A DNA stretch of 64,000 nt from Botryllus schlosseri (GCA_051294905.1 CM119371.1:32986001-33050000), one strand, 5' to 3'; numbered from the stretch's first letter, positions 1-14,700 are shown. Made by a program: numbers and translations. The notes: generated by a model not told the origin, from the letters alone.

Positions 1-463
1 CAGGCTACAACGGTTACCTTCACAGTAAGCTATCCAGTCATGTATTCAAAGATATTGTGAAGCAGCTGTTCTTTGTTCATCATGTATTTCGTAACTCAAC
101 ATGTTCTGAATTAATCCTAAATCATTATTTTCGGACCAATCTACAATGCGCTTACAGAATCACCGCCATTAGTCGACTCCTTGACCAGCAGATCAACAAG
201 CCGCCAACGTCGTGATCATTGAAGCATAGCAGATCAGCCAATCAAACGCCGTTATTTCGTGATTACTATTCTGCTTGCCGTTCTATGGTCGCTGACACGC
301 CCACTCTACGGCAGCTACTCTCAAATGCATTTAGACAAATGTTAACGACTTTCCCGTGAGCTTATTGCAGGTCTATTGACGTTTTTCAACTATAATCTAT
401 AGAATGAGACATGGATACGAATAAATTTTGAGATTTTCCAAATTATGGACAACCCGCTAGCGT

Positions 464-3400
464 TCATGTAAATATGAAGTGTTCTAACGTTTCGGGCACG
501 TGGCATCGTTCACAGAGACCACTGTCATGCTGGCCAATTCGGTGCAGGTGTGCATTTAGTCGACAGTGACCTGTTTGAAGCCGAAAAAGGCTAGAGTTTT
601 CACGCTGAGTCAGTTCGTGAAGCTGGGAGGTTGCACCGACCAAATTCACCAGGCGAACATATCCGGAGCTCGATTCCCGATCCCGCATCTCCTTTTTCCA
701 TTTTGTGCGACAGAAGATTGATATCATGGATTTGCATTCGCTAAGCGTCAGCGAAATCTCTTCCATCCCATTGTTGACAATGTTCGCTGCATCTTTAGCA
801 AGCCTATTCGCCACTTCGTTGTTTACTATTCCTTTGTGAGCCGGGATCCATATAATTGTTGTGCGGCTGCCGCTAGACGAGAGGCGAGAAATACACTGAA
901 TGATGTCATCGATAACCGTGTTGCCTTCGTTGAGTCTTTGTTCGATGGCTTTGGTCGCACTTTGACTGTCTGTAAAAATGGCAATATTTGTGTTTGATGG
1001 ACAGTTACTGCATGCCCACAACAGGCTTTCCTTGATGGCGATAAGCTCCGCAGGGTACACACTTTGTAAACTACTCAAGGAAAGATTGAAAGAGGCACCA
1101 AGTGTTGGGATGTAGTAGCTGGCACCGCATCCCTTGTCAGTTTTTGAACCGTTAGTATATATAGCCAAATGATGATTGTAGCGGATAGACATATACTCCT
1201 TGCACTCAATTCTGATCGCATCGGGGTGTTCGATGTTCAAGGTCTTGGAGCCAAGACTTAGATCTACTGAAATTTCCAAAGGAATCCATGGGGGTACAGA
1301 AGCGGGTTCAATTCGGGTGAGTTTTATGTTTCTGCGCGGGTCTATATTAGATATCATATTGAATGTCTTGAAATTTTCCGTGTTTGGAAAAATTTCGTGC
1401 CAGGAGTGTTGTGTTACCGATGAGCAATGGTGTCTAGGTTGGCACAATATTGTGCACCGGTATGCGGCGCATGCTTGCAGGTGCCGAAGATGTATCGGTA
1501 ATTCGTTACAAAAAGTCTGTAGCGCGATCGTTGGGGTGCTAATCACTGCCCCACTACAGAGCCTTAGAGCAGAGTTTTGTATCTTCTGTATGGTTTGATA
1601 GACATACTTCGGTGCTATAAAATATGCCTCGAATCCATATTCCATTATGGAGCGAATAATGGCTCTATAAAGTAATATCATGCATGACTTAGACGCATCC
1701 CAGGATATGCCTCGCAGACACCGTAGGATATTCAGGCGCTTACTACATTTTTCAGCTACTGGACGGGAGTATTGCCGGTAGGTAAGTCTAGAATCAAACG
1801 TGATGCCAAGATACCGGAATTCTCTTTCGAACGGGATCCGCGACCCATCGAGAGATAGCTCAAAATTTGCGGGCTTGCGCCGTCTCGTGAATAGCATGGC
1901 AGCCGATTTGCTCAAGTTTATTTTCAATCCCCACTTTTTACACCAATTAGCAACCTTATTCAAGGAGTGCTGTATATTTTGCTGGAGGTCCAACGCATTC
2001 AAGTTTGAATCGTAAATAGGCCTACATATATCGTCTGCGTATAGGTTGATATGACAAGTGGCTTCTACGGGTAAATCATTCATCATAATTGTAAACAAAA
2101 CTGGGCTTAAAATACTTCCTTGTGGCGTGCCATTTGTCGTATGGAAAGTATCAGACAGCTGATCTGAAATTCTAACTTGAAATGAACGATGTTTAAGGAA
2201 GGAGTTCAACCAACGTAACGAACTACCGCGAATACCAAGACTAAGGAGTTTATACACTATTGCACGCTGCTATACCCTGTCATAGGCTTGTTCCAAATCT
2301 AAAAATACCGCTAGGGCAGGGGTGGGCAAACTTTTGAGGTCGCGGGCCGCATTCAACATATGAATCCATTCGCGGGCCGCACCTATAAAATTCGGATTAT
2401 GCACCAAAACGCAATATTGGTATTTGATTATATAGTGATGACATGGAGATAATATATATGCTTATTTAAAACAAACCAAACATTGCTTTGGTGGTATCAT
2501 ACATGCGTAAGAAACAGTGGCGAGATTTCATAGGCCGGTCATCCTTAACAACCACTTTGCTAAAACTATAGAGATGAAAGTCGGTTGTCACGATTCTTAG
2601 AACTGGATTGAAATTTGATTCTGTGAGCACTGAGCAGCGATCTGATCATGTATTTACTAATTCCACTTTTGGTACAGTTCCAGGACACACAATGCTGACA
2701 GCATCATAACAATGTTACCTTAAAACACGCTTCTACTGTGTGTAGATAAAATATAAATACCCTAATTCCACGCATACAGAGAACGAAGACACACGCTTTT
2801 CGTTGTTATAAGCACAACACTGTTATAATGAAAACTTGAGTGGCCAATCTGGAATGACACCGGTGATCCGGATTATGTTAATGTCCGTTTAAGATTTGTG
2901 ATGTTTAGCAGTTGAAACCTTTCAAACTGCGTGGGACTTGAGATAGGGATGTAGCGCCAGAAATTGAACATAAAAAGTAATAGAGCAAGTATTTACCTTA
3001 CAACAGTGGTTCTCAAACGTTTTAAGACACGCTCCCCTTAAGCTGGTAAGAGATTTCGCGCCCCCACCCTCTTATCGACATATCAGAAAACGCAACCAGG
3101 ATGCTAGCTAACCTAACGGATAGTTTGGTGTCATGGAAGGTTACGATTGTGGATGAGAGAATTTTAAATATGAAATTCAGACTAAATACTGATCAAGAAT
3201 GACGAGTTGTATGTTAGTCACGCAAAGCGCGAAAAAAAAAATCAGTTGAGCTCAGTCTCGCGCCCCCTTTCAGATGCTTCCACGCCCCCAATGGGTGCTC
3301 GCCCTCACTTTGACAGCCTGCCTTTGGATTATCGGGGTGAAATATACCAAGATGAAGTTTATTCTCGACCCCTGCATTAATTCCATTTTAGTACGCATTT

Positions 3401-5192
3401 TATCAGCATTTTTAGCAAGTTTCTGATGACTCTCGCGGGCCGTAGTTTGCCCACCCCTGCGCTAGGGTATATCTCTTGTTCGAAACGGCCTTATAAACTT
3501 CATCATGTAGAGAGATAATGCAGTCTCTGGTCGATCTGCGGGGTCGAGAGCCGCACTGAGCAGGGTGCAGGAGGTTGTTAGTTTCCAGCCACCACCATAA
3601 ACGATTGTATATCAAGCGTTCCATAACTTTGGACATATCGCTTGTAAGTAAGATAGGTCTTTACGAGACTGCTTCGGTCGCTATTTTGCCCTTTTTTAGT
3701 ATTGGGACCACTAAAGATTGCTCCCATGATGGTGGACACTCTCCATCAGACCAAATGTTGTTCAGTGCTTGCAACAGTATACGCATGTACGGTGGAGAAA
3801 GATGCTTTATCATTGCGTGACAGATTTAATCCCTTCCGGGTGCAGCACCCTTTCGCTGACGCACAACCCTCATTAGTTCCTCCATTGTGAAGGGCGAATT
3901 AAATTCATTGTTATGCGTAGTTTCTTGTAGAATCGATGGTAGATTCTCAGATTCGAACGTTGCTCGTCTGGTCTCAAACGACTCTTCCAAATGTCGATTT
4001 CCACTAACTGAGGCAAAGTGAGTAGCAAGCTCGTTAGCTATTTGTTTCCTGTCAGTAGCTACATCACGACCGCATTTGAGGGAGTTGATGTTGTTCCAAG
4101 TCCGATTTCCTACCATCGCTCGAATAACGTGCCAGATCTTTGATACACACACTAGCGGTTCGATCGAGTGAGCTCCAAAACGACTGCCAATAGTTTCTTT
4201 TGGCGATTTGGATGGTCTTTCTAGTGGCGGCGCGGCGAATTTTGAAGTTGACGACATCGTGAATAACGAATGTACGATTCATTTTAAGGAACGCTGCCCG
4301 TTTTAGCCTGACTGCTTTACAACACTCCGAGTTCCACCAGGGAACGCTTGGTTTTCTGAAGGGTTTGGTTAGCGGGATGCTAGCGTTTGCTGCTGCTATT
4401 ATGGATCGCGAAAGTGCTTCAATCGAAGTCGGGGGCTCTTCTCTTTCGGAGATCAACATTTGTTCACACATTTGACTAAAATTGTCCCAATTTGCTTTCT
4501 TCGGCGACCAGGACCTGTGGAAATTATCTGCAACGCTGATCGCGTGATCAAGATGACTCAAGATCACGTAATGGTCGCTGCCAAAAAGATTTTCCGTGAC
4601 TACGGTAGTTACTTTCGCCGCCAGGCATTTTAAGGTTATGACTATATTCAATACTGAGGTGCGACCAGGGTTCGGAAGAGATAGGTCTATTCTAGTTGGC
4701 GACGTCGTGTTTAACACGACCATATCGTTCATATCGATGAAGTAATGGAGATGTCTTCCACACGTGTTCATAGAGTTGCTTCCCCAGAGAGGATGGTGGG
4801 CATTGAAATCCCCGACCAATATAAATTTGAGGCCGAGGTAGGTAAAGCATCTATGCATCAACGAACGAGAGATGTTCCTATTCGGAGGGATATGAACGTT
4901 CATGATTGTTAGACCTTGGATGTTGAGCGCTTGTGTCGCCATTGGGCTTAACGGTTCTATTGGTAATTCAACGTAAGGTATACAGTTTTTAAAAAGAAAG
5001 CATATGCCACCGCCGTGTATGATTCGATCTTTTCTTAATAGAGTGTATCCGTGAATTTTGGTGAATATTTAGTGATAAGATGCGTCTCCTGCAGGGCAAT
5101 CAGATCTGGTTTCGCTTGCATGTCTAAAACATGTTTTTCAGCTCGTTCAATTTTCGGTAAATCCCGCGGCAGTTCCATTGCATGATTTTCAA
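464..5192 (-). pseudogene. LINE ORF2: APE endonuclease, reverse transcriptase, RNase H, CCHC tail (frameshifted, split by a MITE)
   Basis: APE motifs LKIMQWNCRG (~5192-5163), LQETHL, GDFNAHH, SDH; RT motifs GTPQGSILSP, YADD, YLG; RNase H motifs IYTNGSK, AELIAI, FTDSQS, WIPAHKG; CERC-x7-H ending in a stop. Pieces correspond to ORFs 4064-4942, 3826-4257, 3412-3636 and 464-2257. Confidence 0.93.
2317..3459. mobile_element. Non-autonomous hAT element inserted in the LINE RT
   Basis: TIRs CAGGGGTGGGCAAAC / GTTTGCCCACCCCTG; perfect 8-bp TSD CGCTAGGG (2309-2316, 3460-3467). Confidence 0.93.
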
Positions 5193-6129
5193 CTTTTCGA
5201 ATTTTGGTGGGTAAAGTCTTGTTGCGTTAGGTCCATGCCGATTTCACGATGTGTCAGGTTCATGGGTGAAGTATTTTCTACTGCAGTAGTGACGGCGGTA
5301 CCTGCGGAGTCAACTTCGTTCGCGTGTTGATCAGCGACAGCATTGGAAGAGTTGAGTATGGAAACGCCCAGTTTTGATTTTGCAGACTGTGTTACGATTG
5401 CTTCGATGTCGGTTTGTCTCTTTTCCGTCACACACATCAATGCGCTTTTATAACTTCTCCAATAAATAGTAAGAAATCTGATGTGCCTATTGTGATTTGT
5501 TCTGGATTGCTGTTAGATTGTGAAGGAGTTGTCGTGACCTGGGTGTGTCCTAATTGGGACACGAAAGTGTTACTGTCCGGCGTTACGTTAGCGCTGTGTG
5601 TCGGAATGTTCACTTGTGGATGAATATATGTCGGCGAAGGTGCCAAGACTGGGAATTCGTTATACGACCTTACATCAGGAGGTGTCGAGTTTTGCATGAT
5701 CTGTTTTCTGGCTTCCCAATAATTGATTCCTTGATTAGCTGCTAGCGCGTTGATCTGACTTTCCCGTCTGTATCGCTTACAACCACCGTAGCCCGCAGAA
5801 TGAAGTTCACCACAGTTGACGCAGCTAGGTTTATTAGTACAATCTTTGTAATTATGACGATCTCCACACTTGGTACATCTGTGAGCACTTCGGCAAAATT
5901 TCGATCTGTGACCATACCGATTACAATTGAAACATCTTAAAGGCGGCGGGTTATATGTCCTGGTACGAAAGAGCATGAACCCGATGTTGACCACGGTAGG
6001 AAAGATTGTTGACGCGAAACAGATCGAAACGGATCGACTCGGTACTGTATCACCATTCGATTTCTATGAGATCCGACGAACAAATACAACATTTTTGTTA
6101 TACAGTTCCTCTCTAATATCGTTATCGGA
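5189..6129 (-). pseudogene. LINE ORF1 (gag-like), C-terminal part
   Basis: Three zinc knuckles CFNCNRYGHRSKFC, CTKCGDRHNYKDC, CVNCGELHSAGYGGC in ORF 5437-5994; the frame continues upstream to the insertion site at 6129. Confidence 0.9.
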
Positions 6130-6149
6130 AGTAGTATAGTAGATCGGTC

Positions 6150-6425
6150 GTGAGGTGGGTGGGGCTCTTATGGGTGCGGTCGCACGGTGCCGAGAAACCG
6201 GGGGTGGCACGGTGACCCTTATCTCTTATGGCTGCGGTCGCACGGTGCCATTGTGTCTTATGGCGGGGGTCGCATGGTTACCTTTTCGGGTATAGGCTGC
6301 GGCGGCACGGTGCCGTGAAAACTCGCGGTGACACGGTTACCTTTTCAGGTATAGGCGCGGTGACATGGTGACCTTTCAGGTAGAGATGATTTGACTAACG
6401 TTGTGGGTATAGGCTGCGGCGGCAC
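6150..6425. repeat. GC-rich subterminal repeat array of the outer element (mirror at ~32645-32922)
   Basis: Recurrent modules CTTATGG, GGTATAGGC and GCACGGTG(C/A)C. Confidence 0.8.
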
Positions 6426-6679
6426 GGTGTTGAAAATGTATCAGGTATGGTAAATAGTGACGTGAATGGTTCTTAGTTAATGTATACGTCACAAATTATT
6501 ATATATGACCGGTTCGAGTTGATCCTAACGTTTATGGTGACTGCGACAATGATATATCGTTATTCTTATGGACGCTGCGGTGATTCGTACTTTCGGTTAT
6601 AGACTGCGGGTGGCATGTCGTCGTTTCAGGTGTGGAAATAGTTTGCAAAATCTAGGAATTACTCGCATGGTAATGTTTG

Positions 6680-7395
6680 GGTGATTAGTTTACCACAGAG
6701 CCGGCGTAGACGGCGATTCGAATATCAACAATACCAACGGACACAAATTAACACTTCAAATAGGTGTGAAATATTTGTAAAATCCTACGAGCGCTGACAG
6801 GATAACACATCAGACAGCCATCTCTCGTGGTTTGGTGTTACATAGGTTTGGTGTTACAGAGACAGGAATCACGCACAAGTAATATTTTAATAATTAGTTT
6901 GTCGCAGAGCCGGCGTAGACGGTGATTCCAATACCAACAATAGCCGCGTTCACATGCTAACACTCCAAATAGGTGTGAAATAGTTTACAAATCCCCGCAA
7001 TCGCTGACAACAGTATGTCTCGGGCATAGCCATCTTTCGCGACTTGGTGCTACAGGCATCGATCGCTCACGCGGTGAAATTTTCGTAAGCAGTTTGTCAC
7101 AGAACTTGATTTTACGATCAAGTAACGAATATTAGACCGTCAGTGTCTTTAACTTGAATAGCGATAAATTGTCACTTATTTCTGCTCTAACCCTAATCCT
7201 TTGTGAAGTGAACGCTTATTCAAAAAGGTGTGAAATAATTTTCAAATCCCACGACCGCTCACAGGGTAATGCTTCAGACATAGTAATCGCTCATGATTTG
7301 GTGTTACAGACATACCGATCGGTCACAAGGTAATATTTCGGTAATTAGTTTGTCACAGAGCCGTCGCAGACGGTGATTCAAAAACCAACAATTTG
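6680..7395. repeat. Degenerate ~190-210-bp tandem units in the outer left arm
   Basis: Core AGTTT(G/A)(T/C)C(A/G)CAGAGCCG..GACGG.GATTC at ~6687, ~6896, ~7091 (partial) and ~7347; same units in the inner element at ~12033, ~12219, ~12408. Confidence 0.75.
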
Positions 7396-10300
7396 ACACT
7401 TTCTGGTGGTCGCTATATGTTTGGACACTTCGGACCAGGGGTTGACTTTCGTTGCATGATAAGAATCATGAGAATATTCAAGCAATGTGTCAATTTGTCA
7501 ACTTGAAATGAAACTCACTACATAAACCAAGTTGATTCGCATTTGAATGTGTTGATCCGGTACAACTCTAATCCTTTGAGAAATCCATTTACCGCGATCT
7601 GTTGATTCGAACGTAACCTGAATATTACTGACTCCACATTACACGCCGCTGTTTCACACCTATAGAATCAATACCAACTAACTAAACAAGAATCAAGAAT
7701 CGCAAGTATGCACATACAATCATTGTATTTATTTCTGAGAAATCAAACGCTTAACAAAACCACGCAACTTATCATTTGCCAACTCTAGCATTACCAAAAA
7801 ATCCAGGAATTGTTGATTGAAAATCCTTGAGTCCTTATTATAAAAAAATGTTATAGTGTGGCGTCGGAATCCATTCGCAGGATGTACTAAAGGTAAATTC
7901 GGGTAATCCAAAATGAAATATCTCGACTTTGACATAGTCTGAATTGAAATAGATTGACAAACATAACTACCAACTTTCGCCCAGTCACATTTCGAAATTA
8001 TACGCACATTGATTTGAAACATGTAATGAAACATTACAACTCTATTCGCGATCTGGCTTTCCGTTTGCCAAAGAGACATTTTAGCATACTCAAAAGAATT
8101 ATTCTCAACATTAACCGATGTTAAAATCTAGTTTTCACTTACTTGATTATATCACTACAACTCGCAAACTTGAATTAATAATAATTATTCACACGACCGA
8201 TAATTTTTATTCAACTGTAAATAAAGGTCGTTACTATTCTGTAAGACAAAGTATTTACTAATCGGTACATACACGACTTGACATAGTCTATTACATTTTG
8301 AGTATACGAGATTTGAATGTCTGAACAATAACTGAGAATTAAATTATCACAAGTGAATCCGTATATTACAGCGTAAAAGATATTGGAATGTCAGCAACTC
8401 TTTACGGTCATAGTTACAACCACATTAACTAATTTACCCGGCCAGCACGTCATGATCATTCCTGAAATCAACACAAACGCAGTCACTGACTTGAGTTAAC
8501 CACAAAACGACATCAAGTTTTTAATCCCTCTGGAAGCTGACAGATTATTCGAATGCATCGATAGAGAATATTATTGAACTCGTCGATATTGTTACTCCTA
8601 CAAATTATCGCTTACGCCGACTGGGAAAGTTAATATCGAGTGGTAAGAATTGATCACATATTTGTTGAACACAGACACGACAAAGAACAATACCGAGATT
8701 TTATAAACTAGTCATATTACTTTTCACATCTATAAATATCAGAATATAAGTCGTCAAACTTTTTGTTAAATGTAACATTGCACTTTTGGAATCGGATTCG
8801 TTATAGTCATACAAATTGTATTAAACCCAACGCCAAAAAAAGGACTTTTTAGTTCATTGAAATCAAATCATTCGTCTTCGACTTGCGCTTTATTAGATTG
8901 CACACAACAATTAGTTACGAATGAGCTGTAACCAAAGTTAAGAAATCTTTGCGTCCGGCACAGATATGGAAGATGAATATAGCTAACACAATCACGAATC
9001 GACGTTTAGGAGTATTTCACGGATGTAATAAACTTGTTAGTGTCGCCTATCTAAAAGTATGCATGCGTTCGACCTCCAGACCGACTGTTGCGATGTTTAG
9101 GATTCGCTTACAACGACCAAGAGTGAGGTTTTAACATCAACGTCGTTACTGTCAGAATTCGCAACAGAGAATCGAAACATTACACAGTGTGAAAATATCT
9201 CTTTGATATCAAAGCACTATCCCAAGTACACGATTGATACTCAACTCCGTTCACACTTTCTATAGAACGTGCTAAATGTAAAATATCGCGAGGTTGCAAG
9301 ACTTTGATCATTTCAAAAGTAAATTGGAATATGTTTGCTAGATGCATTCAATTCAGCTAGAAATGGCTAGTGCACAACACTCGTAATATCAAGGAAGTAC
9401 TTGCTACACTGTAATTTGCTAAGCGTGTTTTGCATTGTTGGTCGTTTGTAGTATTGATTGAAATTGTTTTTGAACCCTCAAATAATAATTCCCGACATGA
9501 GACCAAGCCGCTGAAAGTCGTTACCATAACAAAGAAACAATTTGTACGATGTTTGGCAAATGTGTCCTATAGTTAGGTGTACTAGAATTATTTGTGTAAC
9601 ACATACACCGACTATGCAATCGAAAATTTCTCCGTTGTCATTCGCTAAAGTAAATGTCATCACAATACTCCGTCGCTAAAAGACGTTACTTGTATGTGAT
9701 TGAATCGCCGGTAATTAACTCGCTAAATCAAACCCTAAGAAATTCCACTCACTCGACGGATTTGAAACAGCGTCGCTTAATCGGTCTATATCGCTTTTCT
9801 AAATGTAAATCATATCCATCCAATCGAAAACAATTTCCCCTCACTTGGTAATGAAAACGTGGTGTAGGTCATTATTCAATATTTTGTTTGTGTCAAATAC
9901 TTTGCAAAAACACACTGTAATGGTTGAGCTTTACATCATCAGGCTGTCATCTGTAAATCTAGCTTACATCCGATTTGTAACTGTATCGTTTACCTAACCG
10001 AGTTGTATGCACAGTTTGATATTTTTTTTGTTATTTAGTAATTGCTGAATATACTACTTCGAAATACTCCGTTGAACGTAATTTCCATCATCGTAATAAT
10101 CGAAGTACATTTGTGTCGAATTCGTACCAACTGACTTTTCTATGACATGATAAATTTTTGACAAGTTATACTTAGAAGGTTGGTTGCATATCACGAACAA
10201 ATAATATACCACTCATATTGATACTGCTACTCCATTGATCGATATTTTCAAAGGAGTCGATTTTCAAACGAGTAAAATATATTACTTGAGTTGTTCCGCT

Positions 10301-11254
10301 TACTATATGTAAATGTAACCTCGTCCATCTTACAACAACGAACAACGATGAAAAGTATGCAATCAAACACAACATGTTTTACTTTTGTAGGACACTAATT
10401 ATTATCTCATTTCATACTAAGTGTATAAGAAAGATATTCATGACACACGAAAATATTCGATATTCCCATGCTACGAACCTGTACAATGATTGGTGACGCT
10501 TTCAAACTGTTTCGATGTCAAAAGAACTTTATTGTCTGAATGGTTGTTCATGTATCTTAATAATCAAATAGTTCAACACAGAACTAGTACGAACAGAAAC
10601 ATCAGAGTTGTTTACACAAAAGTTTGTATGCGTACAGTATGCGAATATCATGTGTAAGTCGAGCACAATTGCGGTATCCATCCAAGTTTAGTTAACACAA
10701 ATTCATTACAACGGAGCCGCGTAAACTTTCGTGAAAGAAAAGCATACCCACTTCCCGAGGGTTCTGTCAATGTCAGAACAATAAACCAGATACTCCAACA
10801 ACAGAGTACATATGTTTTCTAGTCACGGTCCTTACATCTTTCACATAGATCAATCTACTTTGCTACCGAAAAGTGCTGAGTCATCACATGATTGGCCTCA
10901 CAACAAAACAACCAGTAGATGGAGCTGTATTAAAATTTCCTAACCCTTTGCACACCAGTGACAAATTGTTTAGTGTATCGAGTTGTTGTTCAGCGTCAAG
11001 TCTCCATGTTGAAGCATACATTAAAACAGCGCAATCACAATCCAATTAAAACCACGGATATATTTTCATTACCTCACAAACTGCCACACTCAGAAAAATA
11101 AATTTTATTTTCACAAAACATACTTGTAACCAATCGCTTTCATTAAACACACAACACCATAATAGTATTTACTTTCTACAACATCGACATTCCGATGTAG
11201 TCAAGAAATATTTTATTAATCTAAATCATCGACAGTAGTTATATAGATCGCTCG

Positions 11255-11745
11255 TGACGGGCTATGGGCTCTTATGGGCGGGGTGGTGACCTGCCTGAAA
11301 ACCCGGGGTGATGACCCCACCCTTTTAGACCCCCCATGTGGTGGTGACCTGCCATTGTTTCTTATGGGCGCGGTGATGATACCACCCTTTCGGGTATAGG
11401 CTGCGGTGATGATATACCTTGAAAACTCGTGTTGGTGACCCCACCCTTTCGGTATAGGCTGCGGCGATGACCTGCCGTCTCGTATTCGAGGGAATCCCAA
11501 TGTTTACGGTGAATGCGACTTCAATATATCGTTATTCTTATGGCCGCGGCGGTGATTCGTACTTTCGGGTATAGGCTGCGGTCGTGATTCGCCGTGAAAA
11601 CTCGTGGTCGTGACTCGCCTTTTTTGCTATAGGCGGTGGTGGTGATTCGCCTGTCATGTATTCTTACGGGATCTGTGGTGACTCGCCATGTGTTCTTATG
11701 GATGCGGTCGTGAATCACCCTTTCGGGTATAGACATCTCTCGCAC
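11255..11745. repeat. GC-rich subterminal repeat array of the inner element (mirror ~24160-24652)
   Basis: Recurrent modules CTTATGG, CGGGTATAGGCTGCGG, GGTGACCTGCC and GTGA(T/C)TCGCC. Confidence 0.8.
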
Positions 11746-14700
11746 GGTGTTGAATATGTATCAAGTAAATAGTCACGTGAATGAACCTTTGTTAATGTGT
11801 ATATCGTAAATTATTATATATGATGTAGTTTAGTCGTGACAAATGACCGATCGTGTTCTAAGTCTTTCGTCGCTATAGATTTCTACGTACCCTGAATAGT
11901 ACTTTCAGATCGGATTATTCGCACCTTGTATACCGCTGTTTCGCACCTACAGAATAGTCTGCTTTTCACAGTCGTGACTTCACCGCGATAGCGCAATTTT
12001 CGAATCAGTCGCATGGTAATGTTTTGCTATTTAGTTTACCACAGAGCGGTGTAGACGACGATTCGAATACCAACAATACCGCGTTCACATACTAACACCA
12101 CAAAAAGGTGTGAAATATTTCCTACGACCACTCACAAGATAGCACATCAGAATAGCCATCTCTCGTGGTTTGATGTTACAAAGATAGGAATCACGCACAA
12201 GTAATATTTTGGTAATAAGTTTGTCACATAACCGGCGTAGACGGTGATACCAACAATAGCCGCGTTCACAAACTAACACTTCAAAAAGGTGTGAATTAGG
12301 TTGCAAACCCCGCGATCGCTGACAAGATATTGTCTCGGACATAACCATCTTTCGCGACTTGCTGTTACATACATCCCAATCACTCACAAGATACTATTTT
12401 GGTACTTAGTTTGTCACAGAACCGGATTTCACTGGTAAAATTTAATAAGTAACGAATAACAGAGCCGGCGTAGACGGTGATTCGAATACCGACAAATTTT
12501 CACTTATTTCTGCCCCAACCTCTGTGAAGTTGACGCTTATTCAAAAAAGGTGTGAAATAATTGTAAAATCCTACGTCGGTGACGCGATAATGCATCAGAC
12601 ATAGCGATCTAGTTATAGTACGGTGTCGGAATCCATTCGCGAGATGTTCTATAGGTAAATTGAGATAATCCGATACGAAATATTTTGACTTTGGCGTAGT
12701 GTGAATTGAAATAGGATTGACAAACATGACTACCAACTTTCCCACAGTCCCATTTCGATATTATATGCACATTGATTTGAAACAAGTAATGAAACATTGC
12801 AACTCTATTCGCGATCCCGCTTTCCGTTTGTCAAAGAGATATTTTAACCTCTTACCATACTCAAAAGAATTCTTCACAACATTACCAATAAATCTAGTTT
12901 TCACTTACTTGATTATATCACTACAACTCACAAACTTGAATTAATTCATCCTGGCTGTATTCGTATGATCGGTCTTTTTTATTCGATTGTAAAGGTCGTT
13001 ACTATTCTGAAGACAAAGTATTTACTAATCGGTACATATACGATTTGACTTGGACATATTATATTTTGAGTATACGAGATTTGAATGTCCGAACAATAAC
13101 TGAGAATTAATTTATCACAATTAAATCCGTATATTACAGCGTAAAAGATATTGGGGTGTCAGCAACTCTGTACGGTCGTAGTTACAACCACATTAACTAA
13201 TCTACCCAGGCAACTCGTCATGATCATTCCTGAAATCAACACAAGCACGACCACTGACTTGAGTTAACCGCGAAACAGCATCAAGTTTTAAATCCGCTTG
13301 CAGCTGACGGATTATTCGAATACATCGATGGAGAATATTATTGGACTCGTCGGTATTGTTACTTCAACAAATTACACCGACTGCGAAAGTTAATATCGAA
13401 TGGTAAGACTTGATCACATATTTGTTGATCACAGACATGACAAAAAAACATTACCGAGATTTTATAAACTAGTCATATTACTCTACACATCTATCAATAT
13501 CAAAATGCGAGTCATCCAATTTTTCTACTAAAGTAACATTGCACTTTCGGATTCGGTATAGTCATACAAATTGTATTAAATCCAACATCAAAACAAAAGG
13601 ATTTTTTTTTTAGTTTATTGAAATCAAATCATTCGTCTTCGACTTGTGCTTTTCTAGATTACACGCAACAATTCGTTACGAATGAGCTGTAACCAAAGTT
13701 AAGAATTCTTTGTGTCCACAGATATAGAAGATGAATATAGCTAACACAATCACGAATCGACGTTTCAGAGTATTTCACGGATGTAATAAACTTGTTAGTG
13801 TCGCCTATCTAAAAGTATGCATGCGTTCGATTTCCATACCGACTGTTGCGATGTTTAGGATTCGCTTACAATGACCAAGAGTGAGGGTTTAACATCAACG
13901 TCGTTACTGGAGGTATTCACAACAGAGAATCGAAACATTACACAGTGTGAAAATATATCTTTGATATCAAAGCACTATCCCAAGTACACGATTAATACTC
14001 AACTCCGTTCACACTTTCTATAGAACGTGCTAAATGTAAAATATCACGAGGTTGCACTCTAAGACTTTGATCATTACAAAAGTAAATTGAATATGTTTGC
14101 TCGACGCATTCAATTCAACTAGAAATGTCTAGGGCACAACAATCGTAATATTAAGGAAGTACTTGCTACACTGTAATTCACTTAACGTGTTTTGCATTGT
14201 TGTTCATTTGTAGTATTGATTGTTTTTGAACCCCCAAATAATAATTCCCGACATGAAACCAAACCGCTGAAAGTCGTTACCATCACAACGAAACAATGTG
14301 AACGATGTTTGCCAAATGTACCCTATGGTTAGGTGTACTAGAAATATTTGTCTAACACACACACATACACCGACAATGTAATCGAAAATTTTTCCGTTGT
14401 CATTCGCTAAAGTAAATGTCATCACAATACTCTGTCACTAAAGATCTTACTTGTATCTGATTGAATCACCGATAATTAACTCGCTAAATCAAACCATAAG
14501 GAAATTTCACTCACTCATCAGATATGAAACAGCGTCGCTTAATCGGTGTAGATCGTTTTTCTAAATGCAAATCATACCTGACCAACAGAAAACAATTTTC
14601 ACTCACCTTGTAATGAAACCAAGTGGTGGACCTTCGTTCAATATTTTGTTTGTGTCAAATACTTTGCAATAAACACAGTGGAGTAGTCGAGCTTTACATC

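Noticed and set aside
6150..7395. CRISPR-like array
   Set aside because: Eukaryotic context; repeats are degenerate tandem units without unique spacers, and no cas genes are present
6124..11233. ATCG target-site preference of the Polinton-like elements
   Set aside because: Two TSDs begin with ATCG but the third site is AACCTT; the sample is too small
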